In this document: piece by piece, positions 16,548 through 24,572 of the stretch
Position numbering within the stretch: position 1 is the first letter of the stretch
Layout of the letters: each line of letters opens with the position of its first letter
IMG/VR virus record: IMGVR_UViG_3300035397_000041
Span: 1-24,572 of that record
Source: a virus
Lineage: Duplodnaviria; Caudoviricetes
Direction: 5' to 3' (one strand)
DNA length: 24,572 nucleotides
Translations under genes and position numbers: made by a program
The notes under the pieces: generated by a model
Databases searched by the model: none
What the model was told of the DNA's origin: nothing
The model's input: only the letters and a program-made list of their open reading frames with translations

Positions 16548-18096
16548 AACCACATTCTTTACATTGTTTACATCCACCTTCCATATGCATCTCAGATCCA
16601 CAGTTAGGGCATGCTGATACACCACCATCAGTATCCGGTATGTATCTTTTCAATTGTCTTGCAATAACTTTACTGATATGAACTACAGACCCCTCAGACT
16701 TGTTTAGCTGTTCAACAACGAATTGTATAGCAGCACCATGCCTTAAAGCAGTAGAAATCAGTCTCATAACAAATCCCCATTCAGGAGTCTCAAACTTAGA
16801 TGTGATATCTTCGATCAACAAATGCCCAGATGTGTCTAGTAAGTTATACACACCGCTTTTCTGTTTCCGTAAAATACCTGTCTCTATCTTTGAAGATAGT
16901 ATTGTATCTCCTCGTTTAAAGGCCATAGCCTCGAATGGTTTACCATCGAATAGTCCAACTAGTACAATATATTTTTCACCAGAAATCGTTGGTTGAAAAA
17001 TATCACTCTTCAGATCCTTAGGCCTTTTAGGAGCATCTCGTTGTTCAAACTTACTTGAATTGCTTCCTAATGAATTTAATACACCGATACGACTACCATC
17101 ACGATAAATGGTTATACCTTTACAGCCTGATTTCCAGGCTTTCATGTAAAGATCTCCAACTACTTTCTCTGATGTAGTTGCAGGTAGATTTGTTGTATTA
17201 CTAATTGAATGATCAATATACTTTTGTATTTGACCTATCATTTTGATTTTAACAACAGGATCGATATCTGCAGAGGATGACTTAGCATACGGAGATTCTG
17301 CAACTAGTGCGAATATCTCGTCATCTGGTAGGTTTTCAGGTATTATTTTAGGGTATTTGATTCCTATCCATTCCTTGAAATAAGGATGAAATACTGGAAA
17401 TTCTTCCCACGAGTCACCTTGCTCATCTACAAAATCAATCTTTGAATGAGTATCATTAGGATTAACTTTACGACTGCGTTTGTATACAGGCATAAATACT
17501 GGCTCTATCCCGCTAGTCTGATTATTCATAATAATAGACATTGTACCAACTGGTGGAATCGTCAGCAATGCAATATTTCTACGAGGAATTCCATCTTTAC
17601 CGATACGAGCTAAGAAAGGATTACCGCGTTCTAGAGATGCATTAAATACAGGAAATGTACCGCGTTTTACAGCCAGCTCATGAGAAGCTTCGTAGACTTT
17701 TTCTGCAAATTGTTTGTGAATTCCGATAAGAAAATCAGAGCTATACTCATTACCATACTGAATACCCAACATAGCTAACATATCTCCATGTCCTATGATA
17801 GATATACCAGCACGTCTACCCTTTTCAGTGTTAATGCGAATATTAGTCCACATATCTAACTCAGCCCATTTAGTGTCAATATTTTCTGGATCAGCTTTGA
17901 TTTTATCAATTATTTGATTGATCTTTTTGATTTCAAGATCAATAATGTTATCCATCATATGAGTAACCATTGTGGCCATCTCAGCAAATAAATCATTATC
18001 AAACCTAGCAGAACTTTGAAATCTATCAATGACCATTTTAACTAAGTTAACTGATATCAATCGACAACTATCATAAGGACTTAAAGGAATTTCTCC
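16531..18096 (-). CDS. nrdJ: Class II (B12-dependent) ribonucleotide reductase, exon 2
   Basis: GEIPLSPYDSCRL, RRNIALLTIPPVGT, TSGIEP, KGITIYRDGSR, C-terminal CPNC..GGCKQCKECG zinc ribbon. Confidence 0.92.
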   Translation of the reverse strand, partial: GEIPLSPYDSCRLISVNLVKMVIDRFQSSARFDNDLFAEMATMVTHMMDNIIDLEIKKINQIIDKIKADPENIDTKWAELDMWTNIRINTEKGRRAGISIIGHGDMLAMLGIQYGNEYSSDFLIGIHKQFAEKVYEASHELAVKRGTFPVFNASLERGNPFLARIGKDGIPRRNIALLTIPPVGTMSIIMNNQTSGIEPVFMPVYKRSRKVNPNDTHSKIDFVDEQGDSWEEFPVFHPYFKEWIGIKYPKIIPENLPDDEIFALVAESPYAKSSSADIDPVVKIKMIGQIQKYIDHSISNTTNLPATTSEKVVGDLYMKAWKSGCKGITIYRDGSRIGVLNSLGSNSSKFEQRDAPKRPKDLKSDIFQPTISGEKYIVLVGLFDGKPFEAMAFKRGDTILSSKIETGILRKQKSGVYNLLDTSGHLLIEDITSKFETPEWGFVMRLISTALRHGAAIQFVVEQLNKSEGSVVHISKVIARQLKRYIPDTDGGVSACPNCGSEMHMEGGCKQCKECGYGACG

Positions 18097-18945
18097 CAAT
18101 TATGTTAATACCACAACTGTGGTATGGTAGTGTATTTCTAACTACCTCTCTATGTTACCATAGAAGTTCAGACTATGTCATCACCCACATTATTGTGGGG
18201 CTTTTCGTTCAATATTTTATATTGAAATGAGGGTGTTATGAAAGAACGAATACCGGACATAAATTTCTGTACATCTTTACTACGAAGTCGTAGATAATAA
18301 TACTTTCCATTCTTGTTAATATTCCATTCCAAATCCAGACAATCCTTTAAAGCCTTCTTAAGCAATAACAAATCACCATACGATAACCTCTTCAAATTCA
18401 AAGTTACATCGTATGCCGGTTTAATCATACCAATCGAAGGTCTGAAATCTGTCTTTAGAGATCCATCAGACATATATAAAAACGATAACGCTTCATAATC
18501 CAATAACTTAAGCGCATGGTTATCAATACTTTTATACTTATCTACATAGATTCGATCTCTCATTGTGGTGAAAAACGGATGAGACTTGGTACCTAGTCGT
18601 AGTTGATTTTGTCTAGACTCATCCTTAACCACTGATACAACTGTAGTCGATGTAATATTCTCTAGAATATCTCTACACAGTACAATATAGTCTAGGTTCT
18701 TCTCCACCATATTCATAATAAATGAGTGTTCCTTTCCTTGAGGGTACACTCCACCATCTCCCATTATCATAAAGGAGACAAGCTTAGTTAGCTCTTTCTT
18801 ATCGGTGATTTTTCTCATTTTGTAAAATATTATAGTCGTTACACAACCCATAACGGGTTAGCACGGCGTTTTCCTAAACCAGGATGTTCGCCGTTTTTAG
18901 AAAAGTTTGCAATATCCATTACTGAATATTGGTGCAATGAAATTT
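18097..18945 (-). ncRNA. Group I intron in nrdJ (849 nt)
   Basis: Exon ends UGU, P1 GUGU/GCAC with U-G; AAAACGGCGAAC/AACGCCGUG; P3 UUUUCU/AGAAAA; P7 GACUA/UAGUC; P9 CUAUG-GUAA-CAUAG plus two more 3' stems; terminal G 18097; splicing restores TNPCGEIPL. Confidence 0.95.
18168..18818 (-). CDS. Intron-encoded two-motif LAGLIDADG homing endonuclease
   Basis: LVSFMIMGDGG and ALSFLYMSDGS helices; likely start ATG 18818 after the R element; stop just past P7'. Confidence 0.85.
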   Translation of the reverse strand: MRKITDKKELTKLVSFMIMGDGGVYPQGKEHSFIMNMVEKNLDYIVLCRDILENITSTTVVSVVKDESRQNQLRLGTKSHPFFTTMRDRIYVDKYKSIDNHALKLLDYEALSFLYMSDGSLKTDFRPSIGMIKPAYDVTLNLKRLSYGDLLLLKKALKDCLDLEWNINKNGKYYYLRLRSKDVQKFMSGIRSFITPSFQYKILNEKPHNNVGDDIV

Positions 18946-19896
18946 ACACGGGTTGGTGGACACTGTTGTAAACCCACTTTTCCAGTAGCAATCCGGAACA
19001 GATTCACGAATAATAGTGTCCCAAAATAATGCACCAGGTTCAGCAGATAACCAGTTAGCTTTAATTAAAGCATTCCATACAGGTTTAGCTTTAACTCTAC
19101 GAGCATAGACAACTTTAGAATTTATAATCAACTTAGATAAAGACCCGTCTATAGGAAGAGTGGCCTCGTCAATAAGATCGGTATCTGTCTGAACAGGAAA
19201 TACTTGAGTATAATAACCATCAGCATCTACAGCCTGCATAAACTTATCTGATACTCTAACAGAAACATTTGCACCAGTAACTTTACCGGTATCCAGTTTC
19301 ATGTTTATAAACTCCAATACATCAGGATGATTAACGTGTATTGACAGCATAAGTGCGCCCCGACGACCGTCCTGCGCAACTTCTCTGGAACTATTACTGA
19401 ATCTTTCACAGAATGATACTACACCAGAACTAGTTCCAGCACTGTTGCTTACTGAGGTAGTTTTTGGTCGAAGATGACTAACATCTGTACCAACACCACC
19501 TCTACGTTTAGCAATTTGTACTATCTCTTGGTCAGTTTTTAAAATTGATCCATAACTATCTTCATCGTTACCAGATATCACAAAACAGTTACCTAATGAT
19601 GTCACCGAATACGGATTGGCTATACCATACAAAGATGACCCACCTGGACTAATTATTTGTTCAGATAAAACCTTATAATACTGATCTTCTGTATAAGTAG
19701 TATCTCCATAGGCGAGATCCACAGAATGAATCTCTTTTGCAATTGCACGGAATCTATCCAAAGGGGAAGACTCCACAAACTCGCCTTCTTTGTTTTTTAA
19801 ACAATACTTGTTCATCCATACTTTAGTGGCTAATTCATCTCCACCAAAGAATTTTAAACAATTTTTCTTTACTTCTTCACCTGTAAATACAGTCAT
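18946..19896 (-). CDS. nrdJ: Class II ribonucleotide reductase, exon 1
   Basis: KVWMNKY, LGNCFV, KRRGGVG, QDGRRGALM, GANVSVRV, AEPG, STNPC; spliced product about 838 aa. Confidence 0.92.
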
Positions 19897-19991
19897 TTTC
19901 AACTGATTAACTAAATTATAAATAAATTTTTATTACCATTTATATTAGTTAAATTTATCTTAAAAACTGAGATAGTAAAGCTCAATTAATG

Positions 19992-20330
19992 TTAATTTAT
20001 TAAATTAATAGCAGGAAACAGTTTTAGTAAAAATTGCTTCTCTGGACTATCAGATGACGGGCTAATAGTGAATCTATAATTAAGTTCCTTAGCAGGATCC
20101 TCATCATCCATCGATACATCCATTTGTAAAATTCCAAAATCATCAAATAGAGATTTAAGAAGAATTTCCAGAGCATCTAACTGATCTTTCGATGTAAGTA
20201 TTAGTTTGATATCCCTTTTATAAGTAGACCAATCTACATTCAAATCCTTGGTAACTTCTAAAGAATCTATTAGAAAATTAATTGTATTGATATTGGTGGT
20301 ATCGGATATTTTGATACGTGCGTATATCAT
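19992..20330 (-). CDS. Hypothetical protein (112 aa)
   Basis: Clean ORF. Confidence 0.65.
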   Translation of the reverse strand: MIYARIKISDTTNINTINFLIDSLEVTKDLNVDWSTYKRDIKLILTSKDQLDALEILLKSLFDDFGILQMDVSMDDEDPAKELNYRFTISPSSDSPEKQFLLKLFPAINLIN

Positions 20331-20375
20331 AAAAATTGTTGTTAAGATTATAAAGTGTTTTAACTAACCTTAACT

Positions 20376-20834
20376 TTACACAGAAGTGTCACCTTCTGGA
20401 GTAATTAACTTTAATAAATCCAACAACTCAACGGCTTCCTCTAACGAGAAAACAATATAACCTTTATAGTTTTTTAACTTGAAGAGTTTCCATCTCAGTT
20501 TAAATAACTCATCAGCATATCCTTTTACTTCAAGATAGCAGTCATAGTCAGGTAAAAAGAAATCAGGAGTATATCCTATTTTTCTTTGTGAAATGGTTTT
20601 TAATTCACCATCTTTAAATTCGGTAGTCTTTATACCATCAAACAAATTAATACTTGGTTGATATAGAAAAGCTATACCTTCATCGGTTAAATACTTCCAG
20701 ACTTTAAACTCAGGCATACTGTCAAATACTAACTTACCCGGATTCTCTTCTCTATATTTGGCTTCAGAACCATTGATATATTTACCCTCTTCAGTAACTT
20801 TTTTAACAACTACCCTTCCTTGATATCTAGTCAT
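20376..20834 (-). CDS. PD-(D/E)XK nuclease (DUF1064/T7 endonuclease I-like)
   Basis: FDSMPE...YTPDF...YLEVKG. Confidence 0.8.
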   Translation of the reverse strand: MTRYQGRVVVKKVTEEGKYINGSEAKYREENPGKLVFDSMPEFKVWKYLTDEGIAFLYQPSINLFDGIKTTEFKDGELKTISQRKIGYTPDFFLPDYDCYLEVKGYADELFKLRWKLFKLKNYKGYIVFSLEEAVELLDLLKLITPEGDTSV

Positions 20835-22410
20835 TGTTATCTGGAATAATTATTACCTTAGATTTGATTAATGTTTTAGTAACAGATGAAGCATTAATCA
20901 TAGCATTGATAGCCACCAAAGCTGGATCAATGATACCAAGAGTAAATGCATCTCCTATTTCAAGAGAGTCAATATCGAGAACAGTAGTTTCGCTATCTGA
21001 AAATCTAGGATCATCAGCATATTTACTCCAATCAATACCAGCATTGCTGCATAACATTTGAACAGGAGCTACACAGGCATTAACTACTATCGACAAAGCA
21101 GATTTAGCATCAAAAGACATATCATCGCGAACCTTACTTTTCATGAATTGTCCAGCATAGTATAAAGCCATTCCACCTCCAGGTAAAACTCCTCCATTTA
21201 CAGCTGCTGATACAGCACAAACAGCGTCATCAACCCTATCCTTCTTCTCAATAACCTCAGCTTGAGTGGCTCCACCAACTTTTATAGTTGCAACACTTGA
21301 ATACTTAGATAATCTACGTTTTAAGTGAGTACCGGGAGCAGAGTTGGCATCTAATCGCACTTCGTTATAAGCGATTTTTAGCTCTTTTACAAGCTTCTCT
21401 ACTTCTGGTGTTATCTTGTCTTCAAATGGAAATAATATCAACTCATTAGGTCCAATAATGGCTTTCTCGACCAGTCCATTGTGAATCACAGAATAATCCC
21501 GTACTAATGTCGAGGTGCTTCCATCTATACTAAGAATAGTAGCGCCGGTTATACTGGCTATATCTCGTAGAATTTCTAATCTATAAGAAGAAAATCCCTC
21601 GGCTTCCGCTAATGTTATATCTGCAAAAGATCTAGACCTATTAATATCCACAACACGTTGAACATCAGCAGAGAATTCTTTAGCTATAACTATATAAGGT
21701 TGTTTGCTTACGCTAGCTTGCCTAAGAACCTGCTCTATTTGATAAATATCCGATACTGGACCCTCTATTAATACTATATTAACATCAGTCTTCTCCGATT
21801 TAGTTTTAGTATACACTTTGGTATCTAAAGAAGCACCATTGGTTATAATAACCTCGGATACTAAATTATCAGTAGTTTCCACATTTATGATTCCATCCAC
21901 ACCAGCAGACTTAACAGCTTTATTTACAAGCTCTATAACTTCTTGATCATTATTACTTGAAATAGTAATAATAGAATGTAATAAATCCGAGTCTTTGTTA
22001 ATAATAGTTTTCGTATCTTCTAGATACTCAACAACATCACTAATAGCCTCATCGAAGAATTCCAGAAACGCTTTTGTAGAATCACATATATTTAGAGCGG
22101 TCAGACCATCTATTACCATATTCTTAACCAATAAAGTAGAGGTAGTGGTACCATCACCTACAGCTATAGCGGTTTTACGTGCAGATTCTTTAATCAACGA
22201 TATAATTGCTTGTTTGGTGGCATCAGCATATTTAATACTTTCACTCACAGTGACGCCATCTTTGGTGACATGAGGAATATCCCCATCACCATTAGCTATT
22301 ATCACTGTACGTCCTCCTGGACCCAAAGTACTACAAACCGCATCACAAAACTCTCGTACTGTTTCAATTACAATATCAGCAGAGTTCTTTATTATTTGTT
22401 TAGATTCCAT
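20827..22410 (-). CDS. groEL: Phage-encoded chaperonin, GroEL-like
   Basis: STLGPGG, VTKDGVTV, GDGTTT, IKVGGAT, EKKDRVDDA, PGGG, GIIDP. Confidence 0.92.
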   Translation of the reverse strand: MESKQIIKNSADIVIETVREFCDAVCSTLGPGGRTVIIANGDGDIPHVTKDGVTVSESIKYADATKQAIISLIKESARKTAIAVGDGTTTSTLLVKNMVIDGLTALNICDSTKAFLEFFDEAISDVVEYLEDTKTIINKDSDLLHSIITISSNNDQEVIELVNKAVKSAGVDGIINVETTDNLVSEVIITNGASLDTKVYTKTKSEKTDVNIVLIEGPVSDIYQIEQVLRQASVSKQPYIVIAKEFSADVQRVVDINRSRSFADITLAEAEGFSSYRLEILRDIASITGATILSIDGSTSTLVRDYSVIHNGLVEKAIIGPNELILFPFEDKITPEVEKLVKELKIAYNEVRLDANSAPGTHLKRRLSKYSSVATIKVGGATQAEVIEKKDRVDDAVCAVSAAVNGGVLPGGGMALYYAGQFMKSKVRDDMSFDAKSALSIVVNACVAPVQMLCSNAGIDWSKYADDPRFSDSETTVLDIDSLEIGDAFTLGIIDPALVAINAMINASSVTKTLIKSKVIIIPDNND

Positions 22411-22411
22411 A

Positions 22412-23551
22412 TTAGTCAGGTCTATTAATATCTATTACAACAGGAAATCGTAATTTTCCTTCATCAGTAAACCCAAAGTAACGAACAGTTGCTTTAAGGC
22501 CAACATAATCTTCAGCTCTATCGAGAAGATGTTTAAAATAACTTCTATTCCCCCTAATTCCACAGCCAACCATAGCCCCATTAACATCAACATCAATAGC
22601 ACCAGCCATGTTACCACGATTACCCTTACCAGGGAGTATCGCTTTGATGATATATTCAGCATCGTCAAATAATTTGATTTTTATCAAACATACCGATCTT
22701 TTATTCACATACTTACTATCAGGAATTCTGGCTATACTACCTTCATAACCATCCTCTAGATTTTTATCTAGTATTCGATTGTATTCGGCTATCGAAGACA
22801 CCAATATCCATTCTACAACATATACTTTAGGTATATTTGCAGACTTAAGATTGTTATCCAACCACTGCTTTCTTTCTAAAGCTGTCATATCCGGATTAGA
22901 TGAGTCATGCATATCATAAACATGATATTCAGCCACTTTCAGCATTTCCTCTAACTCTTCTGAATTAGGCTTTTCTTTCCTAAATAGTTTCATTAAAGTC
23001 TGAAAATCAGCATGATATTCATGATTATATAACTCACCATCTAAAGTAACTGTTGGATACTGTTTAAAGAATTCGGTTAAATTATTTTTAATTTCCACAG
23101 AAGCGGTAATAGATTTTCCTTTTCTGGAATGTATAATTATAGGCTGACTAACCATACGCATACCATCAAGTTTTGGATCAAGAATTACCTCGACCCCATC
23201 TTTCATTTCCCACTTAGCATCAATGGCCTTTTCAGCTAGCATAGGAGAGAAATATTTATGTCTGGTAGCTATGACCTCTTCTATATCATAAGAATAGTGC
23301 TCGCTGGAAATCTTTTTAGTATATTTTGCAGTAACCTCAGCTACAGACTGCTGCTCCGCGGTAGTAACATTGCTTCTCCCCACATTCTTAGGCTCACATC
23401 TAGTCCACTCAGTGGTAACCTTAGCACCGTCGATTAGACCGGTAATAGTTCGATAAGAACCTCCAGATATTTCCATCTGAAAAGTTCTTATCTTACCTTT
23501 TGAATCCTGTTTATATAAAATAGGTTCAAGATTATTAGACAAACTGTCCAT
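22412..23551 (-). CDS. ATP-dependent DNA ligase
   Basis: PMLA, KLDGMR, LDGELY, YHVYD, GYEGSIAR, IKIK, LRFP. Confidence 0.92.
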   Translation of the reverse strand: MDSLSNNLEPILYKQDSKGKIRTFQMEISGGSYRTITGLIDGAKVTTEWTRCEPKNVGRSNVTTAEQQSVAEVTAKYTKKISSEHYSYDIEEVIATRHKYFSPMLAEKAIDAKWEMKDGVEVILDPKLDGMRMVSQPIIIHSRKGKSITASVEIKNNLTEFFKQYPTVTLDGELYNHEYHADFQTLMKLFRKEKPNSEELEEMLKVAEYHVYDMHDSSNPDMTALERKQWLDNNLKSANIPKVYVVEWILVSSIAEYNRILDKNLEDGYEGSIARIPDSKYVNKRSVCLIKIKLFDDAEYIIKAILPGKGNRGNMAGAIDVDVNGAMVGCGIRGNRSYFKHLLDRAEDYVGLKATVRYFGFTDEGKLRFPVVIDINRPD

Positions 23552-23981
23552 AATTAATAGGTGTATCAGTTATCATAGGTAATCCATCTCTTTCTGTTAT
23601 TAATAACCATCCAGAAGTAGAACCTAGTCCTAATCTATCGGCGTAGTCATCTGTTGGTGCAAACGCCGGGCAGTGCATCTTACGATAACCAGCTGCATCG
23701 TCTTCTTTACCAATGATACGAGAATGATAATGACCTTCTAGAATAAGATTAAACATATCTTGTTTACCGTATTTCCATACTATCTTATCTGCTGATTTTT
23801 TATCAAGACCTTGATCGCCATGAAGAGTAATGAATTGTAAGTTACCATTACTGAATACTGTTCTATGGCTGGTGTGAGTAACTTCTATATCAGGCATACT
23901 ATTACCTAGCATATAGAATAATAGTTTAGAGCCTTCGTTGGAATCTTCTAGTTCTTTATCCGGTTGTAACCGATCATGATT
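23535..23981 (-). CDS. Metallophosphoesterase-fold protein, 3' exon
   Basis: Begins NHDR (rest of GNHD), then LHGD, GHYH; the ORF-track ATG is intron sequence ending in the terminal G. Confidence 0.8.
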   Translation of the reverse strand, partial: NHDRLQPDKELEDSNEGSKLLFYMLGNSMPDIEVTHTSHRTVFSNGNLQFITLHGDQGLDKKSADKIVWKYGKQDMFNLILEGHYHSRIIGKEDDAAGYRKMHCPAFAPTDDYADRLGLGSTSGWLLITERDGLPMITDTPINYGQFV

Positions 23982-24572
23982 CATTTATAATTTCGAGTTA
24001 AGACTTTACTAACTCTTCCTAAAGTTTCCTCTAGGGATCGGACTATATCTTACTATTTAGTTGAAAGACCAGGTAAAACCACCATGGCTCTTTCTTTTTC
24101 CATTACAACAATTACTAATTTTTGATTTTAATAACCCCAATTCTGATGCTGCTATCTGTCCGGATTCCCATGTTTTTATAAATATTCCATCCATTGTAGA
24201 TTGAATAACTTTAGTATTAACATTAGGTTGCCTTTTAGATTTAGCAATACCTATATTTGTATCATAGGCATATCTCCATTGGTATCCATACGCTTTATAT
24301 CCTTTCTGTAGTCTCGCAGCCCTATGAATAATAGCATCATTGCCATTTACATAACTAGCGGCAGAAACCACACTATCAAAATATCTGATAAAATTACCTT
24401 CTAATGTAAACTGAAATACAGCTCTACGTTCAACAGTAATATAATCATCTAAGGATGTACGAATATTCAAAAGATTAACTCCTAGGGATGTTAGATATTC
24501 AATCCACCACACTTCCCACCATTCTGGAGATAAACTTACTTCATCAATTAGTATTATTGTCGGGAGTACTCC
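23982..24572 (-). ncRNA. Group I intron, 3' portion (5' end outside window)
   Basis: S element AAGAUAUAGUC (24041-24051), P9 CCUAGAG-GAAA-CUUUAGG, GAGUUA/UAACUC stem, terminal G 23982 directly before AAU CAU GAU. Confidence 0.85.
24057..24572 (-). CDS. Intron-encoded homing endonuclease (GIY-YIG-type C-part plus two NUMOD1 repeats), 5'-partial
   Basis: Frame open to window end: GVLPTIILIDEV...WEVWWIEYLTSLGVNLLN parallels the phoH-intron enzyme; VFQFTLEGNFIR..GYQWRY and VIQSTMDGIFIK..GFTWSF. Confidence 0.8.
   Translation of the reverse strand, partial: GVLPTIILIDEVSLSPEWWEVWWIEYLTSLGVNLLNIRTSLDDYITVERRAVFQFTLEGNFIRYFDSVVSAASYVNGNDAIIHRAARLQKGYKAYGYQWRYAYDTNIGIAKSKRQPNVNTKVIQSTMDGIFIKTWESGQIAASELGLLKSKISNCCNGKRKSHGGFTWSFN

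Noticed and set aside
16548-16628. N-terminal extension of ORF 16311-16628
   Set aside because: Overlaps the nrdJ zinc ribbon; ATG 16547 preferred.
18819-18851. Upstream start for the LAGLIDADG ORF
   Set aside because: Lies within the intron catalytic core; ATG 18818 is more plausible.
1513-18945. Inteins as the explanation for split phoH and nrdJ
   Set aside because: Stops follow exon 1 in frame, no intein splice residues are present, and group I RNA cores are.
1271-22428. Plus-strand ORFs of 60-98 aa
   Set aside because: They lie antisense to better-supported minus-strand genes and have no recognisable motifs.
22435-22668. 77-aa hydrophobic ORF nested in DNA ligase
   Set aside because: Alternative-frame by-product of the conserved ligase C-terminal domain, with no independent support.
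1-24572. Genome-wide stop-codon reassignment (TAG or TGA) as in some crAss-like phages
   Set aside because: TAA, TAG and TGA all end genes at natural boundaries, and long genes are open under the standard code.
1-24572. CRISPR array, tRNA, rRNA, IS element, DGR repeats
   Set aside because: No spaced repeats, cloverleaf, transposase or reverse transcriptase seen by eye; subtle cases need dedicated scans.

Overview
AT-rich, densely packed segment of a large tailed-phage genome, probably infecting Bacteroidota (crAss-like gene repertoire; taxonomy is inference). Every credible gene is on the minus strand, often joined by ATGA/TAATG overlaps, and the genetic code looks standard. It is a nucleotide-metabolism, repair and chaperone block: Hsp20, PhoH, RlaP-like nucleotidyltransferase, KilA-N protein, uracil-DNA glycosylase, HAD phosphatase, three metallophosphoesterases, Pnk-type kinase, RNA ligase, MazG-like pyrophosphatase, ThyX, dNMP kinase, dUTPase, class II RNR (NrdJ), PD-(D/E)XK nuclease, GroEL and ATP-dependent DNA ligase. 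Three group I introns carrying homing endonucleases interrupt catalytic motifs: phoH (VD|EAQN), nrdJ (NPC|GE) and a metallophosphoesterase (|NHD; only the 3' part is in the window). Unexplained signals: (i) the pnk Walker A is split by CCG-TAA-T-CCT behind an SD-like AGGGG and a 9-bp hairpin, suggesting ribosomal hopping or recoding; (ii) about seven frameshifts, all consistent with +1 (mod 3), plus one in-frame TAA, confined to small genes or C-termini while long genes are intact; (iii) two structured intergenic RNA candidates. Sequencing or assembly error cannot be excluded for (i) and (ii).
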